Of a stretch of DNA of 64,000 bases, positions 1 to 12,110 are shown piece by piece. The notes below the pieces were generated by a model. That model made no database searches, was not told where the DNA came from, and saw only the letters and a list, made by a program, of their open reading frames with translations. Position 1 is the stretch's first letter. Each line of letters opens with the position of its first letter. The position numbers and the translations under genes are program-made. Source of the stretch: Paraspadella gotoi (lineage: Eukaryota; Animalia; Chaetognatha); assembly GCA_051294375.1 (NCBI GenBank), contig CM119268.1:11967585-12031584 (forward strand), written 5' to 3'.

Positions 1-561
1 TTGGAATCGTAAATGGCATCAGCTTTTATAAATTAGTTTAGTATTAATTAGTTGCGAGACCGTGGTCCTAATAACGCCAAGGTCAGACATTGATCCCTCA
101 CTGGCAACTTTTATACGAGTATCAGAGATTTTTAAAACATCAAGTTCGAATTTGCATCCTTGTTTTTGTCGCTTTCTCATTGCACGAATGGAAATTTGAA
201 AAGTAAAACGTTAATGGAAAAAAGAGTTACGAAAGTTTGAGAGTCAACGTAAATACGTTTATCTTTAGTCATTAGAATACTGGTTGGAGAGTTCAGCTCA
301 TGAAATACGAGGTTTAAATAAATCGAATCTCACAAAAAGTACAATAGAGAATTAGAAAAAAAAATAGCAACGACGAGTGAGTCTTTTTCTTGAGGCCAAA
401 TCGGTATTGGTGTCACCGCCCTTTCGCTTCCATGAATAGGAAACAATCGTTTATGTCTTATTTACGATTATCCGATTTATGAGGCTGAAGGCTCGTAAAA
501 GTCTCTCTCTCATTCTCTCTTTCTGTCTGCTTCTCTCTCTCTCTCTCTCTCTCTCATCTCT

Positions 562-622
<61 letters not shown>

Positions 623-1065
623 TATGAGCTCGTCAAGTCAAGTTCAATAAAAACTCTAGATGTAGTTCCATCCTCGGACCAATTACTTCAAAACGTCAAA
701 ACAAATCCGATCAGGAAAGATTAAAAAAAAAATTTAAAAACTCGGCGCTCGTTTTTAATTTTCACTTTCCACTCACCACCGCTCTGGCGAATTAAGTTCG
801 GACGCGAGGAAGAAAACAAAAGTTGTCGATAGTAATGGAAAGTTTTGACCTAAATCTTCAAGGTTACGAAGGGTTAAGTCAACTCTGAAAAACAACAAAA
901 GGACGCTAAACAAAAAAACCTATAATTCCAAACAAAAAAAAAAAGAAAAAAAAGAGAGAAAACTCAATGAATTTTCTTTCTTTTTTTTGGCTAGAAGGTC
1001 TGGCGTTCGAATCCTCGAGAGGGTCTGTCGACGAGCGAGCGCTCGAGGGAAAAAAACGGGACTAT

Positions 1066-1152
<87 letters not shown>

Positions 1153-1324
1153 AGAGAGAGAAAGAGGAAAAATGAAAGGCGAAATTAGGCGAAGCCATTT
1201 CACGGCTCTTCATGAATGGAATAAATGGCACCGACGACGGTAGATATTTTCCCCCACAACTTTCCATCGTATGTGAACCGTTGACCAAATTTTGGACTAA
1301 AGCTTCCGTTTTTTTCATAAAGGG

Positions 1325-1500
1325 AAACGATGGCAGCGAGGGAAAGTCGTCAGAGATGGCAAAAAGAAAAGACGGCAAAGTCATCAGAGATGGCAGAATG
1401 GGAAAGGCGGTAAGTCATCAGAGATGGCAGAAAGCTAAAGCCGGCAAAGTAGTCAGAGATTACAGAAAGGGAAAGCAAAGCCATCAGAGATGGCAGAAAT
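1325..1500 (+). repeat. Minisatellite, ~31-35 bp unit with core AAGTCATCAGAGATGGCAGAA, ~5 copies
   Basis: The cagagatggc core (one variant, cagagattac) recurs at about 1351, 1385, 1419, 1454 and 1485. Confidence 0.85.
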
Positions 1501-1808
1501 TGAGCAAAACTACTCTTCTTTCATTACGTTTCTTGGTTTAAAATATAATTTATTTCTTCATTTTCAAAACCGGATTCATACAGATGATACCATCTCATTT
1601 AAGGTTTTTTTTTTTTTCTTTTTTCGTTCTGTTAATTTAAATATTTATATTTTGTTGAATTGTAAACTGTACAATTTATGCGTTTATCTGTAATGCTGTA
1701 TGCCCTTTTGAATGTACTGTTTCAACTAATAGTTGTAAACGAATAAAACACATATATTAAGGAGAGATATTTTATCAAGGATGACGAATCCTAAATCACC
1801 GATCGTCT

Positions 1809-1981
1809 ATGACGTCATTGATCACTGATCACATCAATGATCACAGCGACGGTGAATTGACTCTCCTTCTCTCTCCCTCCGACCGGCGTCGACTTGTCAC
1901 CCAAGCCTTTTGTGTTCTCGACCCAAAAATGACGGCTCGGAGGATCACGTGAACCGAATGGCGGTGAAAGGTCACGTGACC
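1809..1981. promoter_or_regulatory. Cluster of palindromic motifs: CRE (ATGACGTCAT) and two E-boxes (TCACGTGA, GGTCACGTGACC)
   Basis: Perfect palindromes at 1809-1818, 1945-1952 and 1970-1981 in a GC-elevated island. Function is not shown. Confidence 0.35.
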
Positions 1982-2042
1982 AGGGAAAATCTCGGTGACC
2001 CGTTCGCCCATCGACGTNNNNNNNNNNNNNNNNNNNNNNNNN

Positions 2043-3100
2043 TGTTGGATTTTTTCACCCTCATACGGTTCCCGTCTTATCAGGAGTGTTCCGCCGTTAA
2101 TTGTATTTTGAAATTTTTCATTGTTTTTTTCACAATTCCGTTTTTTTGTTTGATTGTTACAAAACCTTTTCCCTTGTCGGAATTTCAGTTTGACAGCAAG
2201 GTTCTTGTTTGGTGTTTTTTTTATACGTAGGCAAAGTCGCCTTTCTTTGCTCGAAAGTCAGGTTTGACTTCTGGGGGTTTTTTTGTCTTTTTTTAAGGAA
2301 ATATTGACCGTTTCATGTTCTTAAGCTGGCCGCTTACTGTTTGTTGTTCCTTTGGTATTTCAACGGTCCAAACAGGACTTTTTTCGAAACAATTGACCAT
2401 GTTCCAATCTTTGGTAATTTTTCGCCACAAAGGTCAGCCGCAAATTTTGCGGCCCAAAAGTTCTAAAAAGTTTGTGAGCTTCATCAGGATGGGGTGTGTA
2501 TGATTGGGTTGCAATTGAAGAACTGATTTTTAATTATCCGAGGGTGTCTCTGTTTCTTAATTGTTTTTGTTTTTTAGAACCATATAAGGTTCTCAAACTT
2601 AAATTTCTTAATTTATAGATTTTCCGGGCCTTTTCGAATCCCGTTCATATACAGCCGTCGTTACTCGCAGTTGATCGTGTGGCGAGATCCCTCGGCCGTT
2701 GAGCTTTTACGAGAGATAGTCCAAATAAATGTGAGCCGAATTTTTATATTTCGGCCTGCGGTTACCATCTGTGCACGGGGTTTCCCGTAAGCACTCTTTG
2801 CTGAGCATGGCGCGACGTTGATAGCGGCGAGGTAATCGTAAAGAATTTTCGGGTTTTTGATTGGGCAACAGCGATTACCGAAGAAAAGAGAGGAAAACGA
2901 GAGGGACGTACGATCTTGACTAGATCATCGTTTCCAGAAAGATCATACGGTTTTTTGCGGACGATAGGCGAAGGTTTGTGCGTTTCAGGAGTGAAGTTTG
3001 CCTTACAGTTTCCGCCCCATAGCGGTTTGTTAATAGATTGTTAAGTGTCATCTCATGCACCGAGTAGTTTGATAAAGAAAAACATCGATTTGGGAAACAA
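2043..3100 (-). mobile_element. Possible degraded retrotransposon ORF (gag/ORF1-like) fragment
   Basis: Higher-complexity, coding-like block between two 25-N gaps. Minus-strand frames give broken peptide stretches (e.g. KNPKILYDYLAAINVAP, NQFFNCNPIIHTHP). No diagnostic motif confirmed. Confidence 0.2.
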
Positions 3101-5190
3101 ATATATTAAGACTTACCAGGACACAACTAAAAATTCAAATANNNNNNNNNNNNNNNNNNNNNNNNNCGATAAAGAAAACAATTCCCTAATAAATAGGTAA
3201 ATTAAAATCGTTGTATTTGGCAAAAATTAAAAAATCTTTCTCAGAACTAATAACTAAAATTATTTGTTTACCAAATATTTGGTCACAAATTAAGGTCTTT
3301 TTCTTAAACATAAAAAATAAGAATATAGAGACGTAAAAAAATGGAAACATTGGTTATACTGTTATGTTCATGATATTTTCAAGACGGTTGGCATCTAGCA
3401 ATTTTGAATATTAAGAAAAACATTGTAAGCAAACCAAGTGAATAGTGCAAATTGCTAGGTATTCGGGCAGACCTTTTGTCTTCACAAATATCGTCAACGA
3501 TTATTTAATGGTCACAACGACGATAACTTACAAGTGTATTAATAGGAATCGTACGAAGCCCAGGCCTATGACAAAGAAAATGTTATTTTTTTCTTCCTGG
3601 GTTAATTTTTTTCGCCGTTGCTAAGATTAATTTATAATTTTATTGATTATATTAAGACTTACCAGGACACCAACGTAAAAATTCAAATATCACTTTTTTT
3701 TATTTAAAAATCATAATAAAATTTCTTTTTCAAAAGCTAACTAAATTTCCTGACGAATGCTTGACAATATTCGTTCGGGATTTTAGTTAAATATGAAAGT
3801 TGTAAAATTACTTGTTTCACTATATTTATTTTTTTAGATTTAAAATAACTATTATTTATGATTTTATTTATTTGTTAAAATATTTTTTGTGTTAAATATT
3901 TAAATATAAGATAATTTATCTGTTTGGGATGGGGATGTTATTGTTGTCTTCTAGAATTAGAGGTTGCATCTATACAACACAAGGTTAGATTACTTTCAGT
4001 TCCAGTTTTATAATAAATATCGTACATCATTCCTGTTGTAAAATCATTAATGAGAAACTCATAATATCTACTTTATTTTTTTTTTAAAGCTGCACATAGA
4101 TTTATTGATAGTTGATAGACAATTGACCGAATTAAACGACGCGCAGATTATAAAAAAATCAACTCACTGTTTAAAAAATGTCATTTCAAAAAAGATTCTC
4201 CTAAACTAAAGGCTAAAGGCTAAAAAGCACAAGTTTATGAATCAACGTGGTAAATTATTGAACAAAACAAAAGATCGACTACCGCTGGAACTAAAATTTA
4301 AAATATTGAAATATAATTCTTAAAAATATTATTTAAAATATTGGAAAATATTATTATATAAAATGTTTCCCTTTNNNNNNNNNNTTGAAGGTTTGCATCC
4401 AGGATCGATATTTTTTAAGCGATCGCAGATCTCGGAGCAAAAAGAGACAAAAGAACAATGTCTTTAGTGCGGTTCCGGAGTATTTATTTATTATAGGATA
4501 TTCTGACTATGAAATATTCATTACCCTTTATCTACCAATCATTACTAGAATGAGAACTAACCAGCTAAAAAGGCTTAATAACATTCTATAAGTCAATTAA
4601 AAATAATAAATCAACTAAAATTCTCAAAATTAAATATACCTAGCAAGGTGGCTTCAAAACCACTCACCGTTATCAGCCGTTAAAAGAGCCACACAACCGA
4701 CGTGCTCAGGAATTGTTGATTTATAAACGGTTTTATCATGACTTAAAACACTTTTTTGGCCCTTTCTTTAGTTTTTTATGTAGGTATTCATTTAAACTTG
4801 AATAAGACTCAGGGACTAACACTAAATAAAATCCGGCAAACTTCTTTAGTTTCAAACTTTGTTCCTTTTTCCTTTTCCGCAGCTTCAGTCGTCAAATGAA
4901 AGTTCTTCTTCAATCGACGCCAAACTTTTAATTTTGCATCGAAATACAGTTCGGATACAAATAAAAAAAATAAGTTAAGGGAAGTTGGTACAAAAAAAAA
5001 GATTCNNNNNNNNNNATTTGGTCTGTAATAGCGATGGCCAATAAAAAGTCTCGAATCTTTTTGATAAAAACAACAACAAACTCAATTCACAATCATTAAT
5101 CCGACTGAACCTTACACNNNNNNNNNNNNNNNNNNNNNNNNNTCCACTCACTCTATGACTCCTCTCTCTCTCTCTCTCCTCTTCCATCTC

Positions 5191-5237
<47 letters not shown>

Positions 5238-6396
5238 CTAAAATGGGCTCGCTCTTGTTCAGATCTCTCTCATCTTATCAGGGCGAAGGAGCTCCGAGGC
5301 GTAAAAACTTTTGAGGTTTCGACGGTTTAGCCTTTTGCTCGCTGGGGTTGGGAGACTTGGCTGGGCGTGCGCAAAACAGGTGGGTTGTTTTCAGTATCAA
5401 TGACCGCAGAATGTAAACACGATTGGAAACGACGGAAAATTGTTGTGTATATGTGTGGTATAGTGTGTGTATAGTTTGGGGAGTAAGTTTAAACAAAACA
5501 AAAACTGGTTGGCGTAGTGAAGGAGACCATTAGTAGAGAAGTGAAATTAATGAGTGACTTGCTTTTTGTGAACAGTCGAAGAGGTGTGACTTGTGAATCA
5601 ATTTGAAGAACGCAGTGAGTTTTAAAGATTGAAAGCAACATTCACTAGGGTCTTCTACCTATTGTTGCTCATTGTCCATGCGCTCTAATTTAGTTTTTTT
5701 TCTTGTCCCTTTTTTCTTTTCTTTTCTTTTCTTTTCTTTCCTTTCTTTTCTTTCCTTTTCTTTTTTCTTTTCTTTTTTTTCCCCTTTTTTTCTTTTCTTT
5801 TTTTCTTTTTCCTTCCTCCTTTCTCTCTCTTTAAACTCCTTCATCCTCCGACCCGGCACTCAAAAAAAAAAAAAAAAATCAGAAGTTGATAGTCCAGGCA
5901 GAGATTAGGAAGCAAAAACTTTGTTCTGAATCAGCACATATTTTCTGCTCGATGAGCGAATCTTAAAAAGTGGCATTGTGCAGCAAGAAGAAGAGTGAGA
6001 CAGAGAGCGAGAGACGAGAGGGATAGGGAGATGAGTGAGAGTGAATCAGGCGAAGGGACAAGGAGCAGAGAGGCGACCCCGGTCGTCGCGACGACGCCGG
6101 ACAAAGAAGGAAAAAAAAATGTTGGGACCAATCATAGCGACGATCTCGGATCTCGGCGAAACGTCTCCCAAATCCAACGGAAGGCTTCGACCGAGCAAGG
6201 GCGATAGCTTATGAATTATGAATATTGTTTTTGCGATTCTTAATGCGTAGACATTAAAAGAGTTAGAGAAAAGAGAGAGAAGAGGGGATGCAACGTGGTG
6301 ATGGGATTAGGCTGGTTAGGCTGGAGGTCTCGAATGGGGTCTCGAACGGGGCGACGTCCGACTGTGTTTACAAAGTGTTTGTCTTCGGGCCACTCT

Positions 6397-6599
6397 TAAA
6401 AATGGGCTCGCTTCTTGTTCAGATCTCTCTCATCTTATCAGGGCGAAGGAGCTCCAGGCGTAAAAACTTTTGAGGTTTACGACGGTTTAGCCTTTTGCTC
6501 CTGGGGTTGGGAGACTCTGGCTGGGCGTGGCGCAAAACAGGTGGGTTGTTTTCGTATCATGACCCAGAATGTTAAACACCATTGACCGGAAAATGTGTG
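6397..6599 (+). repeat. Direct copy of ~5240-5450
   Basis: aaatgggctcgc...cagatctctctcatcttatcagggcgaaggagctcc...cgtaaaaacttttgaggttt is present at both positions with indel differences. The copy ends at an N gap. Confidence 0.9.
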
Positions 6600-6736
6600 N
6601 NNNNNNNNNNNNNNNNNNNNNNNNNNNNNNNNNNNNNNNNNNNNNNNNNNNNNNNNNNNNNNNNNNNNNNNNNNNNNNNNNNNNNNNNNNNNNNNNNNNN
6701 NNNNNNNNNNNNNNNNNNNNNNNNNNNNNNNNNNNN

Positions 6737-7630
6737 TGGCCCGAAGACAAACATTTGTAAACACAGTCGGACGTCGCCCGTCAGACTTCGAGACCTCCAG
6801 CCTCCAGCCTAATCCCATCACCACGTTGCATACCCCCTTCTCTCTCTTCTTCTCAACTCTTTTAATGTCTACATTAAGAATCGAAAAAAATATATATATC
6901 TATCGCCCTTCGCTCGGTCGAAGCCTTCCGTTGATTGGTGAGACGTTTCGCGAGATCGTCGCTGATGGTCCCTAAATTTTTTTTTCCTTCTTGTCCGCGC
7001 GTCGCGACGACCGGGGTCGCTCTCGTGCTCCTGTCCCTCGCCTGATTCACTCTCACTCTCTCCCTTATCCCTCTCGTCTCTCGCTCTCTGTCTCACTCTT
7101 CTTTCTTGCTGCACAATGCACTTTTTAAGATTCGCTCATCAGCAGAAAATAGGTGCTGATTCAGAACAAGTTGCTCCTAATCTCTGCCTGGACATCAACT
7201 CTGATTTTTTTTTTTTTTTTTGAGTGCCGGGTCGAGGATGAAGGAGTAAAGAGAGAGAAAAGAGGAAGAAAAAGAAAAAAGAAAAGAAAAAAAGGGGAAA
7301 AAAAAGAAAAGAAAAAAGAAAAGAAAAGAAAAGAAAGAAAAGAAAGAAAAGAAAAGAAAAGAAAAGAAAAAAGGGAAAAGAAAAAAAACTAAATTAGAGC
7401 GATGGACAATGACAAAATAGGTAGAAGGACCCTAATGAAGTTGCTTCAATCTTTAAAACCACTGCGTTCTTCAAATGATTCACAAGTCCACCTCTTCGAC
7501 TTTCACAAAAACGTCACTCATAATTTTCACTTCTCTACTAATGGTCTCTTCTACTACCCAAACCACGTTTTTGTTTTTGTTTAAACTTATCCCCAAACTA
7601 TACACACCTATACCCACACATATACACACA
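6737..7630 (-). repeat. Inverted copy of ~5445-6392
   Basis: 6737 tggcccgaagacaaacatttgtaaacacagtcggacgtcgcc is the reverse complement of ~6349-6392. The match continues through the (AAAAG)n tract to ~7630, after which forward orientation resumes. Confidence 0.9.
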
Positions 7631-7631
7631 G

Positions 7632-10600
7632 CGACTCCGACTGTGTTACAAATGTTTGTCTCGGCCAAGATTTTAGAGAGTTTAAAGAACGAGAGATTTA
7701 CCCTAAACTCAAGGTTCGGATCGTGACTTTAGTTTGTTTTAATTTTTTTTATCCTGACTACAAAAGAGTACCTATTATTATTATTATCATCGGGACGCTC
7801 ACTTCAAACAGAAGAGGTAGTAAATATATTGTTTGGAAACGATCATAGTTGAGATCAATGATCAAAGATAATTAAATCCAAAGAACCGACCATATCAGCT
7901 CTACCTGTTCTCGGATGCGAATAACTCTCCTTCCACAATACCAAACTTTCAGAAAAACTTTGCCTTCCCTCGACTCTCCTTCATAATTCATGAGGCTCGA
8001 AAATAAAAGCGCACAAAAACCTTTCGAAAAAGATAAAAGAAAAATCCTCGGCTTTTTTCAAAAAAAAAAAAAAAAAAAGCCGAAAAATAAAGAAAGAAAA
8101 TTACGTGGGAAAGAACTCTATCGTAAAAATTTGGTTTCGTTCCATTGTTTTCGCGGGTGACCCCTTGACCCCCGGCGACCCGAGGTCAGCGTCCAAAGGT
8201 CAACGTCGAGAGAAAAAAAAATCGACAACATGCAAATAAATTTTTTGGGCTTAAAACTCAGAAAATCTACGACGGAAAAAATAAGAGGGTCTGAGGAGGC
8301 ATTTGGGGACGGGAGCAAAGAGAGAGAGGCGAGCGGTGGGAGAAATAGGAGTGTTTAAGGGTAAGTTGGGAGAGAGAAGGTGAGGGAAGACTGATGGGAC
8401 GATGCCGAAGCAAAACAAGGAAAGAGCTGATTGTGGCGAGGCTATACAACTGCTATAAGATGATGGAAATTGAAAAAGGATGGAGAGAGGAAGGGGAAGA
8501 CAGAATTCGAATGCGACGAAAGAAAGAGACAGAGAAAGCGATGGTATGTAGTATTCCCCAATATAATACTTAAGGGGTGGCGCTTTTAAATCATTCTTTG
8601 GAATATTATACCACTTCATTGATAGGGAAGCAAGGTACTCTGGGAGTGAATAAACGAGACTGTGAGAGTGTCTTGATTGAAAGCTTGCAGTGTAGTTAGT
8701 ATCTTGTAAGAGGGATAGAGGTCTCATCGCGTAGGCTGTCCAAAGTCAGGTATAGGAAAGCCTATTTATTAAATGAATGAATTTTTTTTATATTGTTTGT
8801 ACCAATTTCATATAAGTTTGCTACTTCGGTGAAAGAAATTGATACTATCAATTTTTCGTATAATTTCGATGAAAAAGGTAGATTTTAACAAAAATTATTC
8901 TTGTGGTTTTAGTTGTTTTTTTCCTGCAATGCGATTGGAAATTTATTAAATTCCAAAAAAATCGGGAAGCACTGTAGATAATCTACACCGCAGGCGAGCG
9001 GAATTTTCGAGAATCTGTCCGTCCGATCGGCCAAAGGTCGCCTTTCCATCTCCGAATCATTTTTCGATTTCTTAAAAAATGAAAAATTAAAGTTTTTTAC
9101 GAAACCGCTCGCGAGGGGGCGAGGCTGGGTTGGGTAACGACGGTACCCAGGCATGAATGAAGGATGAGGGGGAGGGAAAGACTGTACAGGGTTTTGTAAA
9201 TGGAGCTGTTCGATATGGCGAAAATAATTTCGAAGAGAGAAAAATAGCGCTCGTCTATTCTAAAAGAGCGAGAGGAAGAAAGAACGAAAGAAAGGGAAGA
9301 AACGAAGGAAAAAATTAAACAAAAACAACAACAACAAAAAAAAAAGAAAAACAAAGAATGTTGTTTGTTAAAAGGTGAGTAATAATAATTCCCTCAAATT
9401 ACTTTTCGAGTTGTATTTATTCTACATCACTTTTAAGGGCAAAAAAAACTGCATAAAACAGCATCGTTTAGGTACATCGCGATCGAGTTTCAGAAACAGT
9501 CAACCTACATTAATCAAATCCCGAAATTAAACCCGATTTGCGGCTAGAAGCAAAGAGAAGGACCGCAGTTGCGGCAAGGAATGCGGCAGCCTTTGTGCGG
9601 GTTGTGTCAATAAAACGAGACTCAACACGCAAAGGCCAGTGACTCTGAATCTCTGAGGACCAAGAAAAAAAAAGAAAAAAAACTTGAAAATTGGACGGTG
9701 GATGAACTGACCTCGGAGTTATTCCCGAAAGAAAAAGTTTAATCACGAAATCGAAAGAAAAAAAAACCTGCTCTTCTGATTTTATAGTTCATCGCTTAAC
9801 GGTCGACTCGTTCGCGCATGTATGTGGGAAAGGGTACAATATCGGAGCTTATATGCGGTTTAACAATAAATAATAGAAAGTAGCAGTTCGCTCTTTAGTA
9901 CAAATTGTACTGCATTTTACCAGAATCGGGTTTAATAATAGACATACAAACTGAGACGATAACGACCGGACATGACGGTATTGTCTCGAACGGGCCGTCA
10001 TGGGGCGAAGAGATGAATGGGCTCTGGTCGGCGGGAGGAGGAGGAGGAAGAGGAGGAGGCGAAGTGGAAACTTGAGGAGAGGAAATTCCAGAATCCCTGG
10101 GTCAAAATTCATCAGAATCGCAGCGGTCATTTTGCTGATCGAAATCAAATTCCCCACCCCCTTTGCAAAAAAAAAAATGTTGTGCCTTCAAAATGGGAAT
10201 CGCGTTTCGTGTTGGAAAACGCAAAAAAAAAAAACAAACAAAAAAACAAAAAAAAACCAAAAAAAAAGTGACCGAGAAGATTAAATTAGACAATCTTATT
10301 TCTCATTTCTAACAAGTACCCACAGGTAAACCAATCTTTCTCCCCGATATTTACGGCTAGAAAAAAAGGAATTCAGAAGAACAGTCTCATTCCCCCAATT
10401 ATGCGACTAAACTTTGACGATAGATCTTTTCCCTTCCAACGCGTTATCAATCTTCGGATCTCATTCTCCAATCATTTGTTCCCTTCTTTCATTTTTTTTC
10501 CCCCTTCGTCCCGTAATTTATTCATTTCGGCCCCAAATCACGACTGACCGTAAGACGGTATTGAATAACGAAACGACCGACGGCTNNNNNNNNNNNNNNN

Positions 10601-12056
10601 NNNNNNNNNNTTTGTTAGTCTTTCCTTCTCCCCCCCCTCCTTTTAAACTCTTCCCCCCCCAGACTCTTTTGCCCGAATTTCGCTGGCCCGATGGCTCGAC
10701 ATCGCTCCCCACACACAACCTTCCTTCCCCCTCGTCGAAATTTGGAGGGTTTTTTTCGGTCTTTTTCCACTCGAGTTACCGCATTTTTTACGTCGGCCGA
10801 TCGATCCTCCCCCCCTAAGCTCGCCCCTCTCTAATTGAGCCTAGTCCCCTTATTTTCTACCCTCTACACCCCCCCTATTTCCCTTTTTAAACCGCTCTCC
10901 CCCCCCCACCGACGATTCACATATGGACGATTTGACCGGGCAAAAAAAAAATGACCCGAATTTTCGCCAGAAAAAGAAAAAAATGGAAGGGACTGGACGT
11001 CGGGGTTTTTGGTGCCAGTTTTGTGTGTGTTTCAGGGAGATGGGTGTCTAGCGAGCTGTATGTTCGGTTTAAGGTCTTCAGGTGAAGTGGTAATCTAAAA
11101 ATTAAGTCTTTATAAGTTATTTGGAACTTATTTTCAGTGACGGGCTTTATTAATCTTATTATGTGCTTCAGTGTGCTTTCAATTTTTATAGCGTGTGTTT
11201 TTGGTGTGCCGAACTAGCAAAAAAATAGATGGACAACGTAACTGTGGCAACGGTTTCCCCTCTCTCTCTCGTCCTCTCTCTTTCCAATTTTTTCCAACCC
11301 CCGTCGATACAAAAATTTGTCCTCCTCAACGGCGATGCAACAATAGCCAGGGTACAGAAAATGAGGGGAAGGAAGACGAAGAAGGATATTGAAAGGGCGG
11401 CAAAGGGAAAGAGGGCGGCAAAGGGGGAGGTGGGTGGGGCGTGAGAATGTGGTCAGGGAGGAGTTGGCGAAAGGGCGGCTGCGATATTCATGGGCGGTTT
11501 TTATCGTTAACACAGGGGAGTTATGATTTTGGTCATTTGTGTTTGGTAGAGAGAGAGCGGAGGAGATGGTGAAGACAGAGAAGAGAGAGAGAGAGTAGCG
11601 GAGAGAGAGGAGAGAAGAGAGAGGGTGAAGAGTGGTGGAATCTGAGTCAAATTGATTGTTGTCTTTTTAATGCCGGCAATATCAGAGTAACTAATCTTTT
11701 TATAATTCGTCTTCGGAAAAAGAGAGAAGAGATGGAGAGAAAACCGGAAAGAGAGAGACAGAGGAGATAAAAATAACGACACTAATAACGGCCCTAAGAG
11801 AACAAGGCTAATCACAATGACAACAACGACGATGGACACCGCGATGATGACGGACGTGGAAGCCCTCGCTGTGATGTCCACCGATGCGACGACGACGCAC
11901 GACGACTGAGACGACGTCGCTGATCAGACTTGACCGATTTTCTCATGCCGATTCGCGAGGGATACCTGCCTCCACAAAAAAGTGTTACTCCGTAATTGGC
12001 CAAGTTCTTGTTCCATTGGGAGAATGCCATGAATACAATTCCGTTCCCCCCCTCCT

Positions 12057-12110
<54 letters not shown>

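Noticed and set aside
479-1384. ORFs rich in SLSLSL or ERERER (here and many similar across the window)
   Set aside because: They are translations of (CT)n/(GA)n microsatellites with no domain content.
1325-1500. CRISPR-like repeat/spacer appearance
   Set aside because: The context is eukaryotic, the linkers are only ~10-14 bp and similar to each other, and no cas genes are present.
6477-6975. ORFs spanning poly-X stretches (also 23738-24060 and 59941-60252)
   Set aside because: They are artefacts of translating through N gaps.
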